From positions 1-46,711 of the forward strand of contig JAPEUG010000101.1 of assembly GCA_026025795.1 (NCBI GenBank): DNA of 46,711 nt, written 5' to 3'. The position numbers and the translations under genes were made by a program. A model generated the notes under the pieces. The model ran no database searches, was not told the origin of the DNA, and worked only from the letters and a program-made list of their open reading frames with translations. Origin of the DNA: Thelocarpon superellum (taxonomy: Eukaryota). Positions 26,924 to 39,521 of this stretch are shown here, piece after piece; positions within the stretch are counted from its first letter, which is position 1; every line of letters starts with the position of its first letter.

Positions 26924-27542
26924 ATGGCGGCCACGACTCCGAGAGCGTCAAGCCCAGCCATTGGCACCAGCGACGAAGCCTCCTCACCGCTCGCGTCGCC
27001 GCGTCTCCCTCGCGTCGCCATCCACTTCTGCACCCAGTGTAAATGGATGCTGAGGGCTGCCTATGTACGTGATGATGTCCATCTCCGTGCTCGGTTGCAC
27101 GTCGCATCGGCCCAGCCAGCTTCCATCTGATCTTATGGCCCATCTTAGCTCGCACAGGAGCTTCTGTCCACCTTTGAAGGTGTCCTTGGCGAGGTGGCGC
27201 TCATCCCGGATTCTGGGGGCGTCTTCGTCGTCGAAGCCTTCTACCTTACGGCCGCTCCCTTTCCCGCTGGAGAGGGCACGGCGCAGGAAGCATTCTCGGA
27301 TTCACATCTCGCTCATCGTGTCCTCTGGGATCGTAAAGCGGAAGGTGGCTTTCCAGGTTCGTTTCTACTCTCCTCTCTTCTCTCTTCTCTCTTCTCGTCC
27401 GCACTGATTTGCAGGGTTGATCGTGGTGACAGAAACAAAAGAATTGAAGAGACGCTTGAGAGATCTCGTCCAGCCGGGTCGAGGCTTAGGTCACGTTGAT
27501 CGAGGAAAGAAAGACGGCGGTGGGCAGTGCCCCAGCGAATAG
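26924..27542 (+). CDS. Rdx family (SelT/SelW/SelH-like) thioredoxin-fold protein, Cys-containing CxxC form
   Basis: Exons 26924-27064, 27149-27356, 27433-27542. PRVAIHFCTQCKWMLRAAYLAQELLSTF...EVALIP..GGVF...LWDRKAEGGFPETKELKRRLRDLVQPGRGLGHVD. Confidence 0.92.
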
Positions 27543-28776
27543 ACCGTCGATTCATCCACATCACTGCCACACTGCTAGTCTCCGTGGTCACTTTATCGTT
27601 CGCTCGCCTGCCTCTGGCATTGTCGTCATCTGTAATGTGCAACTATTCAACCACTCGGGCGGGATCCAGCTGGTCTGTATTACCACCACATACTGGGCAT
27701 GCATCCACATCCACATCCGCCTCCACGTCCACAACCGCCTCCACATGTCGTTGATGATACCCCGTTTTCAGTCGGCAGCACGACGGTATTAACGAGGCTT
27801 GTAATTGATGCGCAAACAATAACACCCCCCCCCAACAACACCATATATTCCACTCAGGTATCCACCATCACCCAACTGCCCCAGCAACAGAAGCACTCGC
27901 AGTTGGCTTGTCGAGCCTCTCGCGTCAATAAACGCGCGTCCACAAGCATGCATAGTACCACAGGTCCCACCCTCCCTCCTCCTATCTCGTTTCCTGAACC
28001 TTGTGTCTATCCCGTCGCAGGCGAGGATGAGCATCCTTCAGCCCAAAGCTAAAGCTGTCGAAACCAAATCACCCTGCTTGTAATTGCTCCTCCCGAACTG
28101 ACTCCCTACCGCGCTTGGACAGGATGCCAATCCGGCATGCGACTTTTTAACAATCAGCTCAGATACGCACGGAGAGGTCACGGAAGTCAATGTGCGGACT
28201 ACCCGTTGGACTGGACGGCTACGACTACACTACTAATCGGCCCGGCACTTCCTGGCAGAGTTGGGGCTTGGGGCTGGCGGTCGGCTGCGTTAAGTGCGAG
28301 TCATCCATGCTCGTGCTCGCACACCCTCCCCATCCTCCTGCGGACGGAGACGTGGGATGTGAAAGGTCGATGCTCAATTGACTTCCCCGCGCCTCCAAAG
28401 GCGACCTTGCCGTGTTCCGCCGTCACCGTTGTTAGTGGCACAGATCAGGTTTTATTTCCCTCCCCACGCCAGGCAATCTCCATGTCGTCTCCCTCTGGTG
28501 GTGTGGATGGGAAAGACGGTTTTTGGAGGAGCGCCTCGGAACGTCATGCCGTTCTCTTGAGCCGTGTGTACGAGGACCGTATCGCTTCTTTTCCCATCTG
28601 CCTCTTCCTCTTCGATACCCTCTCGCATCAGATCACCCCGCGGCGCGATTGGACGCGATCATGGTGTGCTTGGGCCGTTGATATGGCTCATCCGGTCATG
28701 TCGACATGATACGGATCGCGACGGGCAAATGTACGCATGCATAGATGGATAGATCAAGAAGAGTCTTTTCTTGAGA

Positions 28777-30215
28777 ATGATGAATTCCAACCTCACTCCT
28801 CGTCTCCTCACCGTCCTCCTTCTCGCCTATGCATGTGTCGATGTCGGCTCCAGCTTCCCCACGCTGCTCTCCAATCCGCGACATGGTTTGGATCGTCGAG
28901 ACGACGACATGGTCAGTGCGACATCTTTCCATTTCCTTTGGGCGCTCTCCCCTGCGAGGAGTCAGTCGGCACCCCGAGACCTACGGAGGGGACCCGCAGC
29001 CCAAGACCAACCCAATACCACGCGGTGTAGTATGGTCTAGAGCTGACCGGATGCGTAACATAGGCGCTCAGATGTCAAGAAGGAGACTTTGATGTCGCCT
29101 TCTGCGGCGCCACGTCCGTGGGCCTCACCTGCGACGAGACCGGGCACAAGACCTACAACGAGATCAGAGGTCAGCGACAACGACGCTGGGCCCGCGCCGC
29201 GTGCGAAGCATCCTGCGACTGTCCGAATGACAACGGTGAGGATGGCCCCCGCGGGGATCTGACTGCGAACGAGGCTGAGAACGGATGTGGAAACGCAGAC
29301 AGGAACGGAGCGGAAGAAGGGGGTGCAGACGGCGACGGAGAGCAGATGGTCTCCGAACCAGGCACGCCGCAGCGAGATCCACCCTCTCGACCCGCCGTGC
29401 CCGCCAACTCGGGCAACCCGGTGATTCATGGTGACGTGCACGGAACGAGTGGAGGAGGGGCCGGGAACGAACATGATGACGGGATGGATTATGAATACGA
29501 CGACGACGACGATGACGATTCGACGGCCACATCTTCGGGGGTTCCCCCACCTCCCCTTCCTCGACCATCCTCTTCCTCTTCACTTCCCGGAAGCCAGTGT
29601 GGGATGAACATCTCGGACATGGGGGCCGGTGCCGGTGCCGGAGCCGGCTCAGGATACGGAGCCAGCTCGGCCACGACGAGCGAGAACAACGCTGTGATGG
29701 ATGAGGCCAAGGATCCAATCACGCCCGCAAAGAAAACAGACGCATCGCAAAACAAAGCGTCGGCGCCAGGATCGTATGTAAAGTCCGGATCAGGATCTTG
29801 TTCGATTGACGAAGCCAGCGCGTCCAACGGATACAAGAAGCCCGTGAGCAGACTGGGACGCGTGAGGACAGGGCGGAAGAAGGAGGCCGCCACGGAAGCG
29901 ATTGTGAATACAAGTACCAACATGGGCACAGGCATCGGCACAGGACTGGGAACGGGAACGGGGACGGGAACAAGCTCGCGCAAAAACAAAAGCAAAAGCA
30001 AGAGCATACTGTGGAACAGGCGCAAGTCCAAGTGGTTGGAATACTGGCATCGCGTTCACGGGCACAGTTATCGAGTGACTTCTTCCGTCTCACCTCGTTC
30101 TCTTCTTCCTTCTTTTCGTGTTCCCTTTCCTCTTCCTTTCCACCCTCCTCTTCCTTTTCCTTTTCATCCTCCTTTTCCGCTTCAATTTCCTCGTCATCCT
30201 TGGCTCGGTCTCTGA
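28777..30215 (+). CDS. Putative secreted protein: signal peptide, 6-Cys domain, long low-complexity tail (orphan)
   Basis: Exon 1 28777-28911 (MMNSNLTPRLLTVLLLAYACVDVGSSFP...LDRRDDDM). Intron 28912-29063 (GTCAGT...GCTGAC...TAG) splices in phase 0 into the 29064-30215 ORF. Motif C-x9-C-x8-C-x23-C-x3-C-x-C. The 3' end is uncertain. Confidence 0.65.
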
Positions 30216-30509
30216 GCTCCGCCGCGCTGAATGAATTGAACTCAACCAGGACTTGGACCAGTTTGCGGTTTTACTTGCATGGGCACAGCATGAGCGTGAT
30301 ATGTGACTGTACATCTCACGGGCATACTACCTATATACCTCGTACTAGTAGTGACTTCACGACCGAAGAATCCATTACATCTACTTTGTTCAGGGCGATG
30401 ATTCACCTTGGATATTTGCATCATCGGTCCTGTCATCACGCCGTGTTATTACAAGCAGCAGCGTGGGGTGACCACACCGAGAAGCGCATATGTTCCTTTA
30501 AGCAGCAGT

Positions 30510-30546
30510 GATGGCAATGGTAATGGCAATGGCAATGGCAATGGCA
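30510..30546. repeat. (ATGGCA)n hexanucleotide repeat
   Basis: gatggcaatggtaatggcaatggcaatggcaatggca. Confidence 0.85.
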
Positions 30547-31409
30547 GAGGTGCTGATGCGGATGGTGGAGTAGGAAAGGGTGGTAGTAGTGTGTGTGAGA
30601 ACTAATTATGTATCCTGAGAAAGATGGGAACCGAGCGGGACTACTCTTGTCAAGGCAAGGAAATGGAAAGAGACATCAAAAAGTAAGTCACAGGTCGACA
30701 CATACAGGGATTTGCACTATGCATTTCGCACGGAGAGAGAAGGGGGAAGTCGAGGGAAGACATGAGAGTGTACAGACACACAGAATAGGTGACAGCTCAA
30801 GTAAGTCTTGTGCATGCGTGAGGATGAGCGGGTCAACGGACGAATGGGTGAATGGACGAATGGGCGAACGGGTAGAAGGACAACCATATGTCAAGAAAGC
30901 TGCTGCCATGACTATAGACTACCTTATTCCCCTTCACCTTCATCATCCTCCTCCTCCTCTCCCATCTCGCCGCGTCCACTCCTCTCTTCGGCTCTCCCTC
31001 TTCCTCCCCTCATCTTCCCTTCTCCCTCATCCTCCTCATCCTCTCATCTCCTACCCCCATCCTCCTTCGCTTCCTTCCCTCGACAATAGTAGCAGCGTCA
31101 CTTCACAGCATCGACAACAGCAGCAGCAGTAATCACAATCTTCAAACAAACCATCTCGTAGAATATCGACATCGTACCGGCATTGTAGCCTAGCCTAGCG
31201 CAACGGGGTGGAGAGGAAGAGGTGGTGACGAGATGAAGGAGGTTCGAGTATGGAAGGAAACGAGGCGATGGCACGACAGACAAAACGCAACGCCAGGGTC
31301 GAGGGATACGAGTGCGACAAGTGGGACGACACCGACAAGGACGAGAGGTACACCGTATGGAGATCAGTCAATCGACCGGAACCGGGGATTAAGACGCAAC
31401 GCAACAACG

Positions 31410-31840
31410 CTACATGATGGTGCAGCATTTATCATTACTTTGTGGTGCATAAGGATCCTCCCGTCGATCAACCTGTTGCCGGAGATCATCCTCGTCAGTC
31501 GCACGTCTTTTCAGGCGAGGAAGCGCTTCGGGAGGGAGGAGGATGGGGATGATGCTTACCGGTCCCCAAACTTGCGGCACCATGAAATCTTTCGTCGAGC
31601 TCGTGTAGTTGATCAATCTGTTCAATCGCCGTCAGTGGCCGGCCGACACGAGTGACGTGGACAGGCGGAGAAGACGCACCCCATTGCGGCTTCTGATACT
31701 TTGACTCGCGGGCGATCCAAGTCTTCTCGCAGGCGAAGATTCAACTCTGTCAACCGCCGCAGCTTCAGATCCGCCATACTCTGCTTCTTGTTCTTCATCT
31801 GGTTGGCATCGCCGCCGGCTCGGAGCTCGTAGTTAGGCAT
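31410..31840 (-). CDS. Heterotrimeric G protein gamma subunit (GpgA/Ste18-like)
   Basis: Exons 31840-31680, 31617-31560, 31472-31410. [62 protein letters not shown]...CCTIM, ending in a CCaaX prenylation/palmitoylation box. Confidence 0.96.
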
Positions 31841-33316
31841 GGTGCGGGTGTAGGCCCAATGGCCTGTCTTCCCTCGGCCGAACGGAGATGGTGTGGACTC
31901 GCGGACGAGAAAACGCTCTCGTCACGCTCGTCGGCGGTCGGCGGTCGGCGGTCGTCAGTCTCGTCGATCGTCGTAAGCCGATCGCGATTCGATCGAGCGT
32001 GTCACTGATGATGGAAGGCGGACCTGGGACAGAGAACGATGAAAAGCGGCGTTGCGACCGTTATCATCCACCTCGGGACCGAGTCGCCGCGTCGGGCCTG
32101 CGGTCGCGCGAGTGTGCAGGGCCAAGGGGGTACGCTCGCGACAGCGTCGACGGAGGATCCTCTCCCTGCCTCGGGCTCGTCGTGCTCGTCGCGCGGGCGA
32201 AGGGAAGAGGCTCGATGGCGAAAGGGAGCTGTCAGGCTGGATGGATCGTCGGTGCAGCGCGCGTTGGGGGTCGCAATTGAACTCGGGCCAAGGTGGACGG
32301 CGGGAGGGCGAAGAGGTTACCCGGGCGCCAGGTGCCTTGCCGCTGCCGGTCGCAATCACAGTCGAGCTCAAGTGGTGCGAGCGTGACAGCGATGAGCGCA
32401 GAGATTCGATCAATTGGCAGTCTTCGCTTCTCCACGTCCTCGGTCACTGCTGAGCTCGTCCTTCCAGTCTACTCGTCACGGCTCGAGGGGGGTGGGTGGG
32501 AAGGATGCCAGGGACGAAGCTATTGGTGCTGCAGTAAGTCGGTCGAGTCGAAACGAGTCGACCTGGGTCGATCGGAGTAAAGCGGTCGGTCGGGAACGGG
32601 TAACGGGTAACAAGCAGAACTGCAGAGCGCAAAGTGCAGCGCCTTGCTCAGAAGGCCTCCGTACTCCTACGAGCCACCGGGCCTCCCGCTGCGAGTGCTC
32701 AGGACTACCTTGACTACGACCAGCCTGACCCGGTGCTAGCAGCACTACTCAAAACGGGGTGCGCCGTCCGCCCTCCGCCCTCCGTCGTCCGGTCTCAAGT
32801 CCCAAGACACTCCGTGGACGCGTCGTGCTGGTATAGTACGGGACTTTCATGGCATCGTCCAGCTGCCAAGTCCCACCCTCGCTCGGGCTGCCTGGTTGGC
32901 CTGTTCGCCTCTCGGCTTGGGCTGTCACCCGTGCCATCATACCACCATACCTGCAAGCCTTTGCGCTCCCGTCGCCGCCTCGCTTTCTCCCTCGTACTCG
33001 TTCTCTGATACTTCCCACTTACGACGTCTGGCAAGTTACCCCGTAACTAACTAACGTCCTCCTCTACGGTACCCACCATGCTAGAGGGCCTCTAGTGCCA
33101 TCGTCCGCGGACCGGGCTACTCATATTCGTCCCCCCTTGGCTGCTTAACACCACTGGTCCTTCGACTAGTAGCAGCTGGCCGGCGCCCGGCCCGGCTGAC
33201 CAATAACACGCAACAGCCTCCCTTCAAGCCTTTCTTCTCTCCTTTCCACCACCCCTACCCCCAACCTTCCTCCCGCGCACCAGAAGACCCGCCAACCCGT
33301 TACCGAGCGGCCCTAC

Positions 33317-33324
33317 TCACGTGA
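33317..33324. promoter_or_regulatory. TCACGTGA E-box in divergent G-gamma / eIF3a promoter
   Basis: Perfect palindrome ~530 bp upstream of the eIF3a ATG. Confidence 0.35.
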
Positions 33325-33852
33325 TCCTTGCGCCTGTTCGGGACCTACCGTAGTTACGCTGCCCGTAGGAGCACGGTACCGGAGCATTCAGCCCAGGCTC
33401 ACGAGTATTCATTCGCCGACCGAAGCAGCGCTGTTCGCTCTCATTAAACCAGGTCAAAGAGAAGTCGCCCATGGGCGTTGGCAGCGTAGTATGCGAGCAC
33501 CCATCGCCACCCAACACCGAAGTAATCCTGCTGGGTTGGACGTGACTGCGCGAAAACCCTTGGGTCGTTAGGGTTGAAACGCGGTGGAATGCAAGGCGCG
33601 ACTGCCTAGCGCACAATGCCTCTTAGACTTTGACGTCTCGGCGTATCAGGATCAGGCGAGCTGAGGAGTTCATGGAAAGTCTGTTCACTTGCAGAAGTCA
33701 TCGTGCAGGAATCTCACAGACGTACGCATTCCAAGGAGACCCTGCTGCTTCATCCCCACCATCGCCATCATCGCCATCACCATCGCTCGTCACCTTCGGC
33801 CCACCCCGAACTAGTCTTTCGAGGTGGTCGGACCACGAGTCGTTGGCCCAGC

Positions 33853-36800
33853 ATGGCTCCTCCACCTCATGCCAAACCGGAAAATGTGCTCAAGGCAAGT
33901 CATGTGGCGCCCTCGACGCCGTCACGTCTCGTCCACTAACCATTCCGCCCTCGACAGCGAGCACAAGAACTCATCGCCGTTGGCCAAGCGCCTGCGGCGT
34001 TGTCGCTCCTCCATGAACATGTCACGTCCAAGCGGTCGCGAAACAGCCCCATCACCTCGCTGGAGCCGGTGATGATCTTGTTCGTCGAATTGTGCGTCGA
34101 CCTCCGCAAAGGAAAATCAGCCAAGGATGGATTGTATCAATACAAGAACATTGCCCAGAACACCAACGTGGGCACCATCGAGGTAGGTCTTCCGGTGTCC
34201 ACCTCATCACTGTTGCTCACCACCTTCGGCATTGCAGATGGTCCTCAAGAAATTCATCGGGCTGGCTGAGGCAAAGGTCACCGACGCGCAAGCCAAGGCC
34301 GACGTCGTGCACTCGTCCCTCGAGTTGGCGACCAGCAACATCGAGGACCTGGAAGCCACAGAGACTCCCGAGTCTATCCTCCTGTCCACGGTATCGGGCG
34401 AACAGTCGCGCGATCGGACCGACCGTGCCATCGTCACCCCCTGGCTCAAGTTCCTGTGGGAAACCTATCGGACCGTGCTCGACATCCTTCGCAACAACGC
34501 GCGCCTCGAGATCATGTATCAGACCACCGCGCTGCAGGCCTTCCAGTTCTGTCTCAAGTACACGCGCAAGACGGAGTTCCGGAGGCTGTGCGAGCTGTTG
34601 CGCAACCACGTGCAGAATGCGGCCAAGTATTCGTCGCAGATGCACGCCATCAACCTCAACGAGCCCGACACCCTGCAGCGCCATCTCGACACGCGCTTCC
34701 AGCAACTCAACGTCGCCGTCGAGCTCGAGCTCTGGCAGGAGGCCTTCCGCAGCGTCGAGGACATCCACACTCTCCTCAGCCTGAGCAAGCGTCCGGCCAA
34801 GAACATCATGATGGCCAACTACTACGAGAAGCTGACCCGCATCTTCCTCGTCAGCGAGAACTACCTCTTCCATGCTGCCGCCTGGAGTCGCTATTACAAC
34901 CTCTTACGCTCGTCGGCCAATGTCGTAGCCTCGGGCCAAAGCTCCAAGAAGGACAACCCCGCCGTGTCCGAAGGCGACATGACCCGCGCCGCCTCCTTTG
35001 TGCTTCTGTCCGCCTTGGCCATTCCCGTCATCAGCACCTCCCGATCACGCGGCGCTCTGGTCGACGTCGACGAGGCCAAAAAGAACAAGAACGCCCGCCT
35101 GACAAACCTACTGGGCATGTCCCAGGCGCCGACGCGCGCCGTGCTCTTCAAGGATGCCATGAGCAAGGGCTTGCTCAAACGCGTGCGGCCCGAGATCCGC
35201 GAGCTGTACAATATCCTCGAGGTCGACTTCCACCCGCTCTCCATCTGTCAGAAGATCTCGCCCATCCTGCAACAGATCGGCGCCGAACCTGAAATGGAGA
35301 AATACGTCCTGCCCTTGCAGCAGGTCATCTTGACCCGCCTCTTTCAGCAGCTGTCGCAGGTCTACGAATCCGTCCAGCTGAGTTTCGTCCATCAATTGGC
35401 GCAATTTCCCGAGCCCTTCCAGGTGACGTCGGACACCATCGAGAAGTTCATCATGAACGGCTGCAAGAAGGGTGACCTCGCCATCCGCGTCGACCACGCC
35501 ACTGGCGTCCTGACCTTTGACTCGGACGTCTTCTCCTCCGCCAAGGCGCTCCACGTCGGCTCCGCCGCCGGCAGTGCGGAGAACGAGGCCAGCTCGGTCC
35601 AGAAACTCCAGAGCACTCCCTCGGAGATTGTGCGGACCCAGCTCACGCGGCTGGCCAAGTCGCTCTACATCACGTGTCAGTATGTTGATCCGACGTTCAA
35701 CGAGAGCCGGGCCACGGCCAAAGCGGCTGCGTTCGCGCGCACCCAGGCGGGCGCCGAGAAGGAACATCAGGAGACGCTGGCGCGGAAGACGGTGATTGAG
35801 AAGAAAAAAGAAGCGGCGTCGAGTGCCTTGGCGCAGAAGGAGAAGGAAGAAGCGACGCGGAAGCGGATTCGCGCGGCGCAGCTGCAGGAGGCGGAGAACC
35901 AGCGTCTGGCCGACGAGCAGAAGGAGCGCGAGCGTCGCCGGCTCAAGGCCGAGCAGGACCGGATCCGCCAGGATGAGCTGAAGAAGCAGCTCGAGGACCT
36001 CAAGGGGGGGGTCAAGGGGCTTGATGTGGGCGAGATGGACCTGGACGAACTCGACGGCAACCGTCTGCGGGCGATGAAGCTGGCTCAGCTGGAGAAGGAG
36101 AAGAACGAGCTCAGCGAGCGCCTGCGCATCACCGGAAAACGCATCGACCACCTCGAGCGTGCCTTCCGACGTGAGGAGGTCAAGCACCTGCCTGCGGACG
36201 CGCACGAGCAGAACGCGCGCGATCGTGCGGCGTACGATCGGTCCAGGGCCGAGACGCTCCGGGAAGCGGAACAGAAGCACAAGGAGGACGTGGCGCTGAA
36301 GCACCGGCTGAGCCGTTTGGTGCCCACCTACGAAAGTTTCCGCGCCGACGTCGAGGAGCGTCGACACGAGGAATTTGAGTCACGGCGAAAGTCGGCCAAG
36401 GCCAAGCTTCAGAAGCAGATGGATGAACGTCGACGCGAGTTCCGGGAGCGCAAGGCGCGGGAGAAGAAGGAGCGCGAGAATCGGAAACGCGCGCAGCGTG
36501 AGGAAGAGGAGCGATTGGCGCGTGAGGCTGATGAGCGTGCCGCCAAGGAGGAAGAACAACGACGACGCTTTGCGGAAGAGAAGGCAAAACGAGAGGAAGA
36601 GCGACGGTAAGCCCGAAGCAGAGGTATTCCGGGGTCCTGTGATCTTGTGACTGACGCAGCGCTAGGAAACTCGATGAGACCGCGGCACGACAGCGTCAAC
36701 GCGAGGAAGAGGCGGAGGAACGTCGACGACAGGCCAAATCGGAGGCGCGACCGGTCGAGCGGCCCGGCCCACGTCTCATGGAGCGGACGGACTCGACCGA

Positions 36801-37266
36801 GCGTCCTCCGCGTCTCGCGCTGGCCAGTGCCACGGGCAAGCCCAGCTGGAGAGAGCGCGAGGAGGCAAAAGCGGCCGGAATCGCTCCGACCAGCGCTGGA
36901 CCTGCCCCTGCCGCAGCCCCTGGCCCCGCGCGCAACGGCAGCGCGGAACCTGAACCCTTGCGACGCGGAGGCTATGTCCCACCCGCTCTCCGCGGCCGCA
37001 CCGAATCTCCGGCCGCCAGCGCCCTCTCGCGGTCCAGTTCCAACGCCTTCCGGAACGACTCTCCACGCGACGAGTCGCCGGCGGACGGACCACCGATCAG
37101 ATCGACGCCTAGCTTCACGCGTGGAGGACCACCACGGGATGAATCTCCCGCCAACGGAGGCCCCATCCCGCGATCCGGCTCCGGCCCTCGCGATAGCCCT
37201 GCTCCTACCGAGGGTGGTCCCGCGAAGTATCGCCCTGGAGCCTTTTCGGGACGACGGGCGGCGTAG
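33853..37266 (+). CDS. TIF32: Translation initiation factor eIF3 subunit a
   Basis: Exons 33853-33894, 33958-34182, 34238-36606, 36666-37266. Spliced N-terminus [60 protein letters not shown] domain and a long charged coiled coil. Confidence 0.97.
33895..33957 (+). other. Non-canonical GC-AG intron (intron 1 of eIF3a)
   Basis: AAG|GCAAGT...ACTAAC...GACAG|CGA. Removal joins NVLK to RAQELI, the conserved eIF3a N-terminus. Confidence 0.9.
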
Positions 37267-37529
37267 AGGTGGGGATGTGTCTGATGGATTCTCGTCATGC
37301 TCCACGGTTAATCCACGGTCAACGTCACGGTCGCTGCGTGCCCATACTTCCTTTCAGCTCTGCCCCATAGCGGTCCTTTCTTTCTGTCCACCGTTCCAAC
37401 CGTCGCCTCATCCTCTGATGTCTCTCCTCTCCCCCTCTCGCCAAGGGATAGATGGGATCCACCCGGTTCGTTCCTCTTCCATCTTCCTCTTTTCCTCTTG
37501 TCTCGTTCCTCTCGTCTCTTCCCGTTCCA

Positions 37530-37561
37530 TCTTTCTTTCTTTCTTTCTTTCTTTCTCTCTC
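37530..37561. repeat. (TTTC)n/(TC)n pyrimidine microsatellite in eIF3a 3' region
   Basis: ctttctttctttctttctttctttctctctc; a (CTATC)n run is also present near 37809-37832. Confidence 0.85.
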
Positions 37562-38150
37562 GTTCTTCATCTCTCTCTCTTGCGCATTCCTCATCTGTAT
37601 CGTATCTTGAACAGTGCAGTAAGCAATCATCCATGAAGGAGGCAAGGAAGCAAGCACGGGTAGTTCCCCCGCAAGTACGAGTAGTCTGTACGACTGAGTC
37701 ACCAACAAAGGACTGGCTTCAAGTTGCATCTAGGCCGTGGTATGGTATGGCATGTATGGCATGGAATGTGTATATTTATATGAACCTTGGCCATCATTCT
37801 ATGCGCGCCTATCCTATCCTATCCTATCCTATCCGTTTCAATCCGTTTCAATCCAATACTTCGACTCTGATGCTCTTCCTCTCTCACTCTTCTTTCCCTT
37901 CCAATCTTCTCTTTTCCTCCCTTTCCATCTTGTTCCTTTGCCACGCCACGCCACGCTCTCCACAACACCTCCGTTTCTATACACTCGTCCTTCCTGTAAG
38001 CATACATGCTTCCGTGCTTAGTGCTCACGTGCTCCGTAATCTTGATGGGCATGTATTCGTCCTGATCGAGGCGCGATCAAACACTCGAAAAGAGAAAAAC
38101 GAGAAATGAATTACCCGATGGATGGCATCACACATGACTCAATACCCACA

Positions 38151-38152
<2 letters not shown>

Positions 38153-38181
<29 letters not shown>
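38153..38181. repeat. (CTG)n trinucleotide repeat
   Basis: About nine uninterrupted ctg units just past the stop of the minus-strand hypothetical gene. Confidence 0.9.
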
Positions 38182-38198
38182 GTGGGATGGCTATCCCA

Positions 38199-39521
38199 TC
38201 AGGCAGCGCCAATCTCAGCAGCGCCTGGCGTAGCAGGGACCGAGGAGCCCACGGCACTGCCAGCCCCAGCGGAAGCGGAAGAAGCGGAGGCGAGAAGCGC
38301 GGTGCGCCAACCCTGGCACACTTCCTCGAAGCCGCCGACGACGTCGCGGCACACGCCGCCGCATTCGCGCTGCGCCAGTCGCGTCTGCCAGTCGCCGCGC
38401 TCAATCCAGCGAATGCCCTCGTCGATAGCATCGTTTTCGCGCCGCAGCGCGTCAACCAGCTCGCGTGCCGTCTTGAGCTTACGTGTCGCTGCTGTGGTCG
38501 TCTGCCGTGACATGTGCAGCGTGTCGGACAGGTGGTCGAGGGTTGAAATGAGGTCGGCGGTGTGGGTCGAGAGGTGTGAGAGCGAGCTCAACGCCGCCGA
38601 GGTCGGTTGCGGGATGGAGCTCAGAGCGCCGGTGACGAGGGGGAGGAGGGTGGTGATTTGCTCCGACGACGGTGGAGGCGAGAGGGGCGACAAGAGGGTG
38701 AAGGCTAGGGAGTGCAGGGTCCGCGTTTGATGTGCCAGGTGCGTTGAAAGCGCCGTATGGGAGGTGATGAGTCTGAACAATCAGTACCTGCTGGATCCAA
38801 AAAGGTGCTCCGCCGCCTACCGTGTCGCCCCGTTCTCCAGGTTGGATTGGGGCCCTAGATCCTTGAGGCTCCGGACGACCCGGTCCACCACGTCGTCCGT
38901 CTTGATCCCGTTGCTCTCCGTCCCTCGTCGAGCTAGACTTTCGATCGCAGCCAGACGTGCTTCGAGCGATGCGGAAATCCCTGACCTTTCCTCGTCCGAC
39001 TCATTCCCGTAGTCTGACCCGTCATACATCGACACCTTTCTTCGATGTGTCGGACGGTGTGCGGTCGGTGATGGTGTCCGCATCCCGTCGTCATCGTCCT
39101 TCCCGCCGGGAGATGAAGCGACGTCAACGCCACTGTCGCGTGGAGGGCGCGGATGACCGTCGTGGCCATCTCTCCGCGAGGTACTCGACGGCGCCTCGAG
39201 CTCCATCTCGTCCGCTCCCTCGTCCTCTTCATCCCAATCATCTGCCAGCTCGTCCGCCAGGCTGCCGAGCCCATCAACGCCCACCGCCGTTCCATCGAGA
39301 TCGCTGGACATGCTTTCGCTCGCCACCAAGCCATGTGAGAAGCTGGCCGCCGGCGATCGAGGCGCCATCATCGAATGGATCGAGGATTTGCGGCTGTGGC
39401 TTTGTACTGGACTGGACTGATTCGAGTACGGATTTGGAGAGCTAGGTAGAGTGACGGAAACGTCCACGTTGGACGGATGGCGCCGCCGGGCGGGCGTCCG
39501 CCGGGGGGAGGAAGAAGACAT
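38199..39521 (-). CDS. Fungal hypothetical protein (disordered N-terminus, helical/coiled-coil C-terminus)
   Basis: Exons 39521-38821 and 38772-38199 (48-nt GTAG...CTGAT...CAG intron) join LENGATR to LITSHTALSTHLAHQTR. C-terminal WIERGDWQTRLAQRECGGVCRDVVGGFEEVCQGWR looks like a conserved block; no function recognised. Confidence 0.82.

Noticed and set aside
27029..27040. Selenoprotein (Sec) in the Rdx gene
   Set aside because: Both CxxC codons are Cys (TGC, TGT); there is no in-frame TGA.
33555..33575. Telomerase-RNA template-like AACCCTAAC on the minus strand
   Set aside because: A 9-mer of this type is expected by chance in 47 kb, and no other telomerase RNA domains were recognised.
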